From NCBI RefSeq assembly GCF_009914755.1, contig NC_060927.1: a DNA stretch of 64,000 nt; one strand, written 5' to 3'. Both the position numbers and the translations under genes were made by a program. Under the pieces are notes generated by a model, which was not told the origin of the DNA, searched no databases, and worked only from the letters and a program-made list of their open reading frames with translations. Below, piece after piece: positions 28,528-41,498 of the stretch. Position 1 is the stretch's first letter; each line of letters begins with the position of its first letter. Source of the stretch: the human T2T-CHM13v2.0 reference genome, Homo sapiens.

Positions 28528-29369
28528 GTGTCAGCAAAGGTTTATTATGGTTTTTTTTCCAATATTGCAATTAAAGCTTATACATGCTACGACAGAAAAA
28601 AAAAGCCACATACACAAAAGTAACTAGACCAACCCCACTGAGATTCCCATGGGGAAGGAGATAAGGCAGGAAAGAATACATATACCACAAAATAATTTCT
28701 TTTAGGAAAACAAAAAAACAATCTTTTCTATACAGGATATGACCATCTAGGATACCTTCCAGATATAGTAATTTATATTTCCCCCAAGAAGTTCTGAGTT
28801 GATGCAGGTGTCTTTAATTATGATAAAGCAGCAAGCATTTTATCCTCTTGCACAATGAGCTTTTCCTTTTCAAATCGGACAAGTAATAAAGTCTTATGAT
28901 GAATGTGATTTAGCAACTGACTTAATAACTGAGATAACATGAATCACAGCTGCCACATTCAAGTAGTCTTCGTTTGATGCAGCTGATCTGCAGTGTACCC
29001 TTCATGAGTGTGCATTATGATAAACCTGTCTACTGCTATTGTGTACTTATAATAACTTAGGTTATTCTTCCTCCAAATCTTCCATGTGTTTCTGGAGACG
29101 TCGCAGTGTAATTTAGCTCAAGTTAATGATAGTCCTCAATGCAATATTACCAGTTATCATTTTTCACTTTAACATAGCACATAAGTGGCTAATGTTCCCT
29201 GGCATAGATGAAGTCCTAGGCTAGCTAATGAGGAGATTATGATGGACAGAACAAAGAGGTCACAGGAAATTGTGCTTCTGGCTCTCTAATCAGATCAGGT
29301 TTACCTCCCAGATTTCACCTGTCTCAGGAAGGCAAAGGACTGAAAGGAAATTGGTTGCTAACATCAAGG

Positions 29370-30400
29370 AATAAATAGTATTCTCCTACACTGTGTAGGG
29401 GATATATTTTTTGGAGGAAAATTCAACAATATATAACAAAAGCCTTAACACTGTGTATGTTCTTTGATCAAGCAACTTAATACTTAGAAATTTATTTTAA
29501 GAAATGTCTAAAGCAGAATTTTCTGTAATATAAGGAAAATAAAACAGAAATATCCAATAATATGACTTTGATTAAATAATTATGGTGCATCCAATATTGT
29601 TTTTAGCAAACACTTACAGGGTGCATCCTATGTGCCAGGGTCTCTAAGCATTTAAAATTTTAATTTAATCCTCATAACAACCCTATGAGGCAATACTTTT
29701 ATGATTCCTATTTCACTGGTGAGTGAACTGAGCCACAAGGATTTAATAACTTGCCCAAAGTCCCATGGCTGCTAAATGTCTGACCAGGCATTTGAACCCA
29801 GCAATTGGACTCCAAACTCAGTGTTCTCAAACTCTATTTATGTTATCTCACAACAATGGAATATTTTTGTGGAAAAATGCTCAAAATATGCAGGTGGGTG
29901 AGTGAGCAAAAAAAAGCAGGTTATAAAATAGGATGAACAGTGTGACCCTGTTTTATAGGAAAAAAAAAAAGAGAATATAGCCATAAAAAGAAACCTTAAA
30001 GGTCTATCAAGATATTTCAAACTAATAACAGTAGTTATTTTGGGGTGACATCTTTACCTGCTTCTGAAATTTTCTTTTTGCTTATCTCTTAGTTCTAATT
30101 ATTGTTATGAAGAAATTATATTCAAATGTTAAGCCCCTTAGAAATGAAACAATTGGAAGTCTGAATATGAAAAATAATATTATAACTAAATTGTAACATA
30201 TATAACATAAAATCTATTGCTAGCCATACTGTGGTGAAAATTGTACATTCCCACATTCCTGCTAGCAGTATACATTGTTACACTCCTCTATAGAAAGTAA
30301 TGTGGCAGTGTAAATTAAGAACTATGAAAATGTTCACTTCCTGTTACCCCATGGTCCTGCTTCTGGAAATTACCCTATGATCACAACTCAAAAGAAGAAG
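29370..30400 (+). mobile_element. Old L1ME-like 3' fragments, interrupted by a MIR
   Basis: ttggaggaaaattcaacaata...ctttgatcaagcaactt; attaaataattatggtgcatcca; gaaagtaatgtggcagtg. Confidence 0.5.
29603..29835 (-). mobile_element. MIR SINE
   Basis: tttaatcctcataacaaccctatgagg...actgagccac...aacttgcccaaagtcccatggct...atttgaacccag. Confidence 0.88.
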
Positions 30401-30931
30401 ACTGCTTTGTCCATTTAGCAAGAAATATATGACTGAAATATTTAATTTGTGTATTTACTGGTAGAACCCTAAGAGTCTGGACAGGCTACCAGGGTTTCTA
30501 TTTCTACATCTTCCCAACAGGCTTATGAGGAAAAACAGTGACTAGACACATTGAAGAGCGCTGAGATTGTTTAACAAAGACCTCCTGTCAATGACCTGGG
30601 TGTCACTCCATCCAGAAAAGGCCCTCAGAAAAGTGTAGAATAGATCTAAATCCAGGATACCAGTGGATTTTAGGAGGCAGCAACTCCTAAAGGAGGTGTA
30701 TGATGCCTTGTGTTGTCACTGGTATTATCTTCCCTTCAAGGAGACTTGGTTCAAGCTTCTAGCATGAGGGCCTGTGAATAGTGGAAAGAGTAAACCACAT
30801 AAAAGAATCGTGACATTAGGATTGTTATGAGAAGCAAAGGGATCAAGGCTTCCTTCCTGTTTGGGAACTCATAAGCATTAGTGGAAAAACTCTCTTCTTC
30901 CTGGGAACTGAAAATATCATGCTTCCCTCTC

Positions 30932-31366
30932 TGTGATAAGCAATGCTGGAACCAAGCATTTCTTTCTGTGCTAAACTTACTGGGAACAACCAGAAGTAAT
31001 TTAGTTAATTAATCTAAGAAATACTATATTTGTATTTGGAAGATGAGACCATGAGACAACCTAACAGCTTATTTATGAAGACTAATGGCGTTGCTTATCA
31101 AGAATTGCTTTAGGCCACTCACCTTACTGTGCCCACCAGTCAAAAGCTGTTACATCATAAATTCTTCCCAGTCCCAACCAGTTCTCTGTCTTGTAAAACC
31201 TGCCTTAAATTACCTAGCCCAGACCCTAAAACCCTTTAAAGATTCTTCCTTCACTTCCCCCATCTTAGACACTATGAGGACTCTGTCAAGGTCCTTTACT
31301 ATAGTCTAATCATCTTTGCTTGATCAATAGGTTTTCTGGTGGTCTTTGAGAAAGGCAGTAGTTAAC
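30932..31366 (+). mobile_element. ERV1-class solo LTR (MER90/MER110-like)
   Basis: Starts tgtgataag; agacactatgaggactctgtcaagg; ctttgcttgatcaataggttttctggtggtcttt at 3' end. Confidence 0.55.
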
Positions 31367-31789
31367 TTCTCTCAGATTAAGGAACAAAAAATGAATTTGA
31401 AAGACAGAAATCTATGTGTTGATGGAAGTGACATCGCTGAAGCTGAGGCAAATCTAGAACCCTGTGAAGGATCGCTACATCACCAAGAAGGCTGCAAGGA
31501 AAAACTTATGATGAAGGAGGGCTGAAGACATATGAGGAAGGGGAAGCTTCAACTTACTGACTATTGGGACCAAATGGTGCAAGAAAGACAATGGACATCC
31601 TAAGTGGATCTGGCACTAGCAGCTTTATACTGTCAAGTATCAGGGTGACCAGGCAGAATATAAGAATTCTACTGGGCTATGACAGGGAAGGTGGGCCTTG
31701 AAATTGATAGGTTGGGGAATCAGAAGGTCCATTTGTTGGTGCTCAGAGCTAGAGTCCTGGGAATGTTTCTGACTGCACTGTGGTTCAAG

Positions 31790-32030
31790 GGATAACCTCC
31801 GGCACCAGATTGCCTGCATTTCAGACTCTGGCCTGCCACTCATTAGCTGTGTGGCTTTGGCCAAGCTACTTGAGTTTTGTCCAATACTCTAAGCCTCAGT
31901 TTTCTCATCTGTAAAATGAAATTACAAATAATAATACCTAGTTTGTAGGGTTGTTTTGAAGATTAAGCAAAGTGTTTTACATAGTATCGGGCACATAGCA
32001 AGTACTCAAGAAGTGTTAGCTTTTGTTTAT
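31790..32030 (+). mobile_element. MIR SINE
   Basis: ccactcattagctgtgtggctttggccaag...gcctcagttttctcatctgtaaaatg...ggcacatagcaagtactcaa. Confidence 0.88.
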
Positions 32031-32142
32031 TACTTCTTTATAATTATCCCCGTGGTGGAATTCTTCCAGGTACCAGAAGGGAAAAACACTGAGAGGCTTA
32101 GTCAAAGATGTCATTATGGTATTATTTATAACAGAAATAGAT

Positions 32143-32309
32143 AGTGTGGTGCTGGTAAGTTTGTAGCATTTGCCAATTTTCAAGGTGTAAATACCTGTAT
32201 CATAGCCAATTTCCGGCTACCAATTTGAAGTCACTGAACTCAGAATAGGGAAGAGATGGGCACAATTGGCTCCCAAAAGCTGGTACCAGCCAGCTCAAGC
32301 ACAGCACTA
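32143..32309. mobile_element. hAT-Blackjack DNA transposon fossil (MER63A-like)
   Basis: Terminal inverted ends agtgtggtgctgg / agcacagcact; internal tttgtagcatttgccaatt...gtcactgaac...gggaagagatgggcacaattggctc. Confidence 0.75.
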
Positions 32310-32963
32310 GGAAGAGGATTAAATATTTGCCAAAGTAGAATGTCCAATATGATGTCTCTTGATAACACAATTTGATGTTATAAAAATTAGAATTCTAAAA
32401 ACTGGATACAGCCGTACAAAATGCTCGTTATATTAGAAAAAAAACAGATAAAAATCATATATGTAATGAAATCGCAAGTCACATGCTCCCTCAGTTCTAA
32501 GATGCACAGTTTTCACAGTTTTGTTCATCTGTTCATAATACATTTTACAATCATATTTAGTGTTTCATTTTTTCATCCTGAACATCTGCTAATAAATCAG
32601 TGATGCTCATCACAAGCAATGCTGCTGTAAACTCAAAGATAAATGGCAAATAACATGTTGCTAACATTGGGATGGAGACAGGAAAGGAATAGAAAAAACG
32701 AAAACAGTTAGATTTGTTGTTGAAGCAGGGTTTTAAGTAATTTTTTTCTCCTTATGTGGATGCCTGTTAATGTTGTATCCACAATAAATCATAACAGAAA
32801 CGTTGAAATCTAAACGTAGGCATTAATATATGTGTGCAAGGAAGGGAAAAAGTCTCTTTCTCTCTCTCTCTTTGACTTTGATTTTTTTGCCTGTAACTTA
32901 CCTATGACACTCTAATTAAGGGATAGTAAAGGCACACAGTGTGGAAGGTGCTAAGTGTGAGCG

Positions 32964-32986
32964 TGTGTGTGTGTGTGTGTGTGTGT
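32964..32986. repeat. (TG)n microsatellite
   Basis: Direct reading. Confidence 0.9.
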
Positions 32987-35900
32987 ACTGTATTTAGATA
33001 TTTAGGAAAAGATCTTTCATCACTTGGTTTGCCCTCTATCTAGGAGGGACAAACCATATTGAGACATCTATTTAGAGGTGGCCCTTTACAGAAAACTGAA
33101 GAAAACCAGTTCAGATTGATTACAAAACATGCAGGACTCAATAAAGAAGGGCAGGACCTGCCTGAACACTGTGAGTGGCATCTTTTCATATTAATAGCCC
33201 AGTTGGCTCCCTTCGGCCTGACTAGGGCACAGTTGAGAGGCTGGGGAAATAATGACCCCTTTTCCCTTTGGGCAAGGAGAGGACACTGTTCATGCTTCAT
33301 CATACCTGAAAGGAAAAAAAGCCCCAGCCACAATTTTTTCCTCTGCTGCTTCAGTGAATATTTCTTCAAAACAATAGCTTCAGACCCAATCTGCTTACCA
33401 TAAGGATAACTTTGAGCCAGAAAGATTTCTTTTCAGTTCCCCAAATCCCTGCTACCCCAAACATTCACACTCAGATTATATATTTATTTATTTATTTATT
33501 TATTTTTTAGGAAAAACACATTTTGAGTGTTTGCATCCATAAAGCCAAGTACCCTTACCACACAGAGCCTACACCCTGGTATTCTATTTGGAAACCAAGT
33601 ATCCAATTTCTGGACTGTCTGGGTCTTAGGCTTTTCTGATGTTTTGCCACTTCATTTTTCCACTCAAGTCTAGTTAAGAGTAACATAGAGATTATAAAAA
33701 GTAGCTCAATGCAGCCACTGACTAGTATATCTGGAATCCAAATACCTAGTGGAAGAGGAGGCTGAGATTTAGGATTGTAATCAGGCTTAGACAGTTTTTC
33801 ACATATCAGAAGTGTCAATGCTCTCTTGTTCCCACCATTTCTGCAGAAAACCAAGAGCTGGTTTTCGGGAACATTTGCACCCACTCATTCTAGAGCTGGT
33901 CGTGACTTCTGACGGCTTGTATAGGTCACTAAGGCAGCCCAGAAAGCTGTCAGAGCCCAGGAATTTCAATTTCTTTTGTTGCATGGAGAAGTGGAAATGA
34001 AAACAGACCACTCAACAAGCTAAACTGCATACAGCAGAGACTTGAAAAAATATTCTATCGGCAATGTAATATCCTGAGCCCAGAATGAATCTATCCATTG
34101 GGACAGAAATTGAATCAGAATCCTCCTTTGTGTAAATGCCCTTCATGTTGATCTTTTCTTTCCATCCAGTGCTGTTTTGGTATCAGATAGAATCTTTCAA
34201 TTTTAAGAAAGTGTAGTACTTAAAGGACTTTGAACTGGCTGAGATTTTGGCTAACACTATGCAAAAACTGCTTTAATCAGAAGAGTCCTGGGGGATGTCT
34301 GCTAAACAGCTTCATCTCAAGCAGGATGGGAATGGCTCCCTCTGATCAGCTGTTGAAAGATTTTGAAAAAATTGAATTTATTTCCTTCTGCTGTCATGGA
34401 TGATTTTGCCTTGTTTTTTTATCCTCTGCACCACAAACTCAATGCCACACTTCCCTGCCATGCAACCAGATTGGACATGAATACTGAATGAGTCCCCTGG
34501 AAAGAAACTCAAGCCCCAAACCAGGCCATGATTCCAGAGAAAGGCTACCTCCAACTCTCTTAAAGTGATTTGCTTACTGAAGGAAAATTCTAAGTTCTTT
34601 GCATCTTATATATGCTAGAAAAAGATGTTTTAAATATTTAATAGGCCTGAGAACTAGGCAGAGCCAATTGTAATTATATTATAATCCACATCTGGCACGA
34701 GGATGTGAAGTTACAACAAATGTCTGCAAGCCTTGACCTCATTCCAGCTTGGGTTCATCCATTCGTGCTGTCAGAAAAACCTATATTTTATTGCCCATGC
34801 AGTTTTCCCTTGCTTATGGATTCCCTAGTGTTAGGTGAGATAACTTATTTATTTCACTGTTCCTCTCCTTGAATACACTTCATTCATCAGAGGGCAAGCT
34901 CAGGGATGGGGTTGGGAAGCTCTAAAATCAATTTGCTATACAAGTGAAATTAAGAAATACTACTGGTGGTTGTTTCTCTCAAGGTTCTGGGAAGATGTGA
35001 AGAAAACTCAAGTGCCCGGTTCCCTTCCTCTGAAAAACTATGAGACATGGCCATCTGTAAATGAAGGTGTATGTTTGAGTGAAGATTTAACTGTATTAAA
35101 CCTAACAGCTACTTTTGCAGACAAGATGGCTACCAGCTGATTGGTCTGTGCTGAAAAGGAAAGATTCAAGCATTTTCTTATAAGTTAGAAAGGAGCTTAG
35201 ATGTGAGTTATGTCCAGAAAAAAATGATTACCTGACACTTCAAGCCGCAGTGATGATAACCTGTATAGGAGGCGAGGATAAAATGCTACCTTCAACAAGT
35301 GGTGATGGAACAACTAAAAGGACAAGCAATACTGTGTGTATGTTCAGAAAACCTCTTTCTTCATTCCTATTTGCTTACTTTCTCCTGCCTATCCTTCCTG
35401 GAAGAACAGTTTTGCTGGTCTTAAAATTTACATTGCAACTGTTAGTGGAAGGAAAGAGCTTCTTCCCTCCTTTATTTTGGGTTGAACTATGAGTGATTTT
35501 TTGTCTATCCCACCTTTGAAATAGCCCGCTATAAGTCAAATAATAGGAGCTGTATTATGAGAAGAACATAACTTATTTTCTCTTATCTACATTTTTTTGG
35601 CTAATGGGACAAAATTAAAGCTTCAATTTATTCTCAGAATTAAACTACTCTTGTTCTGGGCCCCAAAACACTCAAGATGAGTTTGCACAGTTCTTGATGC
35701 ATTCACTTCAGTAAAAAAGCAAGAACCTCAACCTTGAAACGACCTCAAGTTCTGTCATTTCCATATATAGGAGTTTTTGTGTGTCTGTGTGTCTTTTGTT
35801 TGTTTTCACAGCACAAAATGTATTCTGCACACTCACTCACCCAACATGTCTTCACAAGCAATTGTTGACTTTCTATTTTTGCGTTAGTGTATTGCAAATG

Positions 35901-36769
35901 TGAAAGGATTTTGAAGGGAGCTTTTCCTGTTGTCCTGGAATTTACTCCACATTTTAAAGAAAAGAATAAATCAGGAGACAGACACCCCTTCTGAGAAGAC
36001 AACCAACAATAACCATCACTGCCTTCAATAAAAGCTTAAGGTTAGAGAGGAGGGAAGGAAGGCCAAGAAATACTGAAGTTGTACTTCCTGTCTAATTGCG
36101 GGTATAGTGACTTCCCTTTCTCCCCGCAAAGCGGGGTAGAACTTCATCACTCCACAAATTCAGTGAGGCAGACGAGCTGCAGGGGAGCTCTCATCAGAGA
36201 TAGGTGGAGCTAGCAACCAGGGGAGACAAGGTGGAGCCAGCAACAAGAGGGCCAAGACCTAGAGGAAGCTCCAGGAGGCCAGGGTGTTATGGGGGCACTC
36301 TTCTAGAGGCCAGAGTGAAGGTCTGGGATAGCTTAAGGAGGGCTGGGATCCTTCACTCAGTGCTTATAACCACCTGCTTGTCTGTAAGCCTGCAAAGGCA
36401 ATTTCTAAAGTTGATATTCTGAGATTTCTGCCACCTAAGGTCCAGTTTATACTGTGGTTTTGCCACCAAAAATTCTCATCTTTGGAAACCTCCCTGACTT
36501 ACCTATCTCACTGGGTTAAATGTCATGACTTGGATCCCTGAATCTAAACTTCTAAAGACTTCACATCACTCAAAAGCTATGTGCTAGAGTTGTGTGCCTG
36601 AAAAATATGGAGACATTACATATCTTTTCAAAAGTTGGATATTTCATTTTATTGATCAAGCCAGAAGACATGAAAATTTGTTTATAAAAGTCATGGCTAA
36701 AAGCAGTGTCTGATGACCATGATAGTCCTTATCTTGATTATAGTTTCATATTTATATATGCCTATTTGT

Positions 36770-36900
36770 TAAAGTTTCTCTCTCACCAAGTTTAAGCTCC
36801 ATGAAAGTAAGAAGCACGTCTGACTTCTTTAATGCTATATCCTCAGTATCTGGTGAAGAGACTGAAACATAATAGATGCTCGATCAATAGATGTTGAAGA
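36770..36900 (+). mobile_element. L2 3' end
   Basis: taagctccatgaaagtaagaag...gctatatcctcagtatctgg...acataatagatgctcgatcaatagatgttgaa. Confidence 0.7.
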
Positions 36901-36921
36901 AACAATAAAAAATCTTTAAAA

Positions 36922-36970
36922 TTTTATTTTGTTTCTATTTGTTTTAGATGGAGTCTTGCTTTGTCACCCA
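36922..36970 (-). mobile_element. Very short Alu 3' fragment
   Basis: T-rich tail then agatggagtcttgctttgtcaccca. Confidence 0.6.
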
Positions 36971-37006
36971 TACAGCATTTTGTTTTGTTCTGTTTTGTTT
37001 TGTCAC

Positions 37007-37441
37007 TGTTATAGTTGGTATGTTTGACCCTCCAAACCTCATGTTGAAACTCGATCCGAATGTTGAGGGTGGGACCTAATGTGAGGTGTTTTGGTCATGG
37101 GGTCAGATCCCTCATGGATAGATTAATGCCCATTTTGGGTGAAGGGTGAGGGGTGAGTAATAGAGTTGCTACTCTGTAACTTCCCATAAGAGCTGATTGT
37201 TAAAAGGCCTGGCACCTCCCCTCTCCCCTCTTGCTTCTTCTCTCGCCATATGATTTGCACACACCCAGTCCCCTTTGTCTTCCACCATAAATGGAAGCAG
37301 CCTGAGACCTCACCAGAAGCAGATACTGGTGCCATTCTTCTTGTGCAACCTGTAGAACCATGAACCAAATAAACCTGTTTTCTTTGTAAGTTACCCAGCC
37401 TCAGGTATTCCTTTATAGCAACACACAAACAGATTAAGACA
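37007..37441 (+). mobile_element. MaLR solo LTR (MSTB-like)
   Basis: tgttatagtt...cctcatgttgaaa...gggtcagatccctcatg...aataaacc...ttacccagcctcaggtattcctttatagcaac...taagaca. Confidence 0.9.
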
Positions 37442-39040
37442 GCCAGTGACAAGGAAATTTGGATGCAGAATCCACATTGATTTTTCAAAATCCCCATTCT
37501 GATTAGGTTGATACTATCTGAAAATGGCTTCATGTGCTCCTGGTTCCATGTCAGACTCCTGCTACACAGTTAGAGGTTGGAGCTGGGTTTTTAATTTTTT
37601 TTGTTTGTTTGTTTGAGCACACACACATTTCCAGATACAGTCATTTTTGCCCATACATTTACACTGAGTTCAATTAATTTTAAGAGAGTTATGGCTCTTT
37701 TCTGAGCCATCACAGCACTCAGTATCCATTCGCAAATGAACAGGCAATGAACGGAGTGAGGCTACAGTGAAGTTCGTGGAGGGAGATGTCCCAGGAGGTT
37801 TAACAGTTTTATCATTCCTCAAAGCAGGAGTTGGGCTGTTATAGGTGGCAGCATCACAAGGCTTGGCTGCACCATCTTCAGTGCCACTGAGAGGAAGGAA
37901 TGACAAAGAAGAGAAGGCTACTTAGCCCATACCTACACCATGCCAAGAAAGTGCCTAGCATATAGCAGATGTTGAAAAAAATCCATGTTAAATGAATAAA
38001 CAGATTCAATAAATTTTATTATAACCATTAATTGGTATTAGTAAGGAACTACAGAGTGAGATCTCAAGAGTGTTGCCACAGTAAATGTGATGATAGAAAA
38101 CCTCTGTCAGACAGTGTGTACAGAATGTGTGAGCTATGAGGCAGCATCTCCACATTAGTCACATGCAAGGGAGTTTCACTTAGGGATTCTTGATAGTATC
38201 AGAATCCCTATATGCATCTCCTCGAGCTGACTTATCAGAGAGCCAGAAGTGTAAGAAGCCATAATTTCCTCTGAAGCATAAATTACTGATGTGAAGTCAC
38301 CTGTGTTTCTACTCAGATTTGTGAAATACAGATGGCCTGGTAACGCTCCGTCAATTGGAAAAAATGAGTGCAGTGGGGTGAGATGTTTATCTACCCCAGA
38401 TCTCACAGCATGTCATTTAATATTAGCACATTTCTTCCATTTGTGTTTCTGTTGGTGTTTTGCCCCTTCTGAGAGCTTATGATTTATAGACTACATCATG
38501 AATGTGCCTGGGGAAAGCCTGGACATAGAGCTGCCCAGTGAGCCCTGTTTACTGAAGTGCCCCTGGGCTGATGTGCTTGCTGCCTGTATACAGCATTAAC
38601 AGACACCCATGGGAGACAGTGTTTCTTTAAGAACTAGGAAGTGATCACGAATCCAAAAATCTATTTAAACCTTTTTAGAATGTATTGACTCTTTTGGACT
38701 GAACTAACACTTGGGTAGATGACAAAGGGATAGAATTAGTTAAGCACTTTACTGGGTATCTAGTACATATTAGGCAATACAGAATGTCATAAAATCCAGC
38801 ATAGGCAAAACACCGTTGACTCTCAATTTGGAATCTTGTAGCCTGCCAAATGAGGTAGTATAATAAAGAAAAACTAGCCACGGTTTGTTAGGCCAGCATT
38901 TTCATATTTGTAGAGAGGAATATAAGGGATTTAAGGAAAGATTTAGCTGCCATCAGCAAGGACATACCTGTTTTATTTTAATAAATGTACAAATTAATGT
39001 TTGTTTTTAAAATGATAAAACAATATGTGATTATTAATGA

Positions 39041-39760
<720 letters not shown>

Positions 39761-39789
39761 TTAAGGAAACTGAGGCTTAGGATTATTAG

Positions 39790-40278
39790 ACACTTGATTG
39801 CCTGTTCAATAGTCATTACTCACTTCTTCCTTGCTAACAGAACTCCAGCTTCTTCCAGCAGGCAGGGTCCTCATAGAAGCTGGGGACCTACCCAGAGATG
39901 AACCATGATTAGTTAAAACCCCAAATGGCCTTTTGTCAGTGACTGATTTAGAGATGAGGCTCTATCTAGTTCCAGCCAAAAATACAGCAGGGGAAGCCTG
40001 CTGAGGGAATTCTGCAATATATTTTCTACGCTGAAAAAAACGGTAAGAAAAAAAAAAAAGGACCTCTTTCTTGTAGACACAGGAGAGTGAGGACATAATG
40101 TCTTGTGCAGTGGCCACCATCTTACTATAAGGTTAGACCAGCCTGAATGTGAAAACCAACATGCTTTAAATGAAGGAGCAAAAGTATGAAAGAACCTGGG
40201 TTCACAGTAATATTCATAATTTTATCAATAAATAGTTGCATAATCTGTTACTTGCAATCAAAAGCATTCTAACTGGCA
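39790..40278 (+). mobile_element. Old MaLR LTR (MLT1-family)
   Basis: ttcttccttgctaacagaactcc; gtggccaccatctt; aagaacctgggtt; ctgttacttgcaatcaaaagcattctaactg. Confidence 0.6.
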
Positions 40279-41132
40279 GAATAACAGAGAGGAAATTTAA
40301 ACCCAGGCCTGACTGATCATGAAGCTCACAAAATTACCAAGACAATGCAATATGATGTCCCTTGCAGTCCTTCTCTTTGGTGCTTCAGGGTCTTCTACCA
40401 AGAACTAGAGGAAAGCTAAGCTGGGGAGACCCTTTGCTGCCTTTCACTTCCCTGCCTCTCGTCCACTATCTCTGCTGCAATACACAGAAGTTCTAAACTA
40501 GATATTGTTCTTAAAATGCTTCTCCTGATTACAACTAATCTAAAATTATAGCACCACACTATGTAGCCTCTTTGAAAATTGTCTTTTTTCAAGCCAACTG
40601 TTAAACAGCAGTTTCTTTTACTTGTGAGGGCCTCTCTTAAAATCTTGGCCTAACATTTGCCTCAATTATTTTGGCTGATAAGAGATAAAGCAAACAGGGA
40701 GGGAAAACAAAACCCAAGAGCAGTTCAGAAACTGTCTTTTAACTGATCTGGTCTAATTTCTTCTTTCTTACCTAGATCTCTTTCCCCAAGGCTAGTAAAT
40801 TAAATAACCCAATCAGCTTCTTTCTATTCTAGCTTTAAAAAATTTTTGTCTTTTCCTTTTTTCACCTCCAAAGAAGGCCCTGTGAAATGGCCCTGGGTCC
40901 TACAGAAGGAGGGAAGAAAAGGAGAGAAGTGTCTGGGGCTATGAGGCAGTAGAATTTGAATATATTGTGACAGCCCAAAGCATAAATTCTTTAAAACTTT
41001 TGACTTTTTTTGAGACATGTTTCAGTGATCATTTTCTTTTGTTCCAGGAAATTAACATCTTTGGTGGGGTAGAATTTTAGTTGGTACACAATAAATGTCC
41101 AAAAGATGCTAGAGAAAGAGAAAGGGGATAGG

Positions 41133-41498
41133 TAATATGGTTTGGCTGTGTCCCCACCCAAATCTCATCTTGAATTGTAGCTCCCACAATTCCCAATTCC
41201 CATGTGTTATGGGAGGGACACAGTGGGAGGTAATTGAATCATGGGGGCTGGTCTTTCCCATGCTTTTCTTGTGATAGTGAGTAAGTCTCATGAGATCTGA
41301 TGGTTTTATAAAGGGGAGTTTCCCCGCACAAGTTCTCTTCTCTTGTCTGCCACCATGTGAAATGTGCCTTTCACCTTCTGCCATGATTGTGAGGCCTTGC
41401 TAGCCACATAGAACTGTGAGTGCATTAAACCTGTTTCTTTTGTAGATTGCCCAGTCTTGGGTATGTCTTTATCAGCAGCATGAAAACAGACTAATATA
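41133..41498 (+). mobile_element. THE1B-like solo LTR
   Basis: atatggtttggctgtgtccccacccaaatctcatcttgaattgtagctccc...cagcagcatgaaaacagactaata. Confidence 0.93.

Noticed and set aside
28893-28937. C/D-box-like ATGATGA...CTGA...CTGA
   Set aside because: Only ~40 nt between boxes, weak terminal stem, and no recognisable rRNA/snRNA guide
35761-35771. CArG-like ccatatatagg
   Set aside because: Seven A/T bases between CC and GG, so it does not match CC(A/T)6GG
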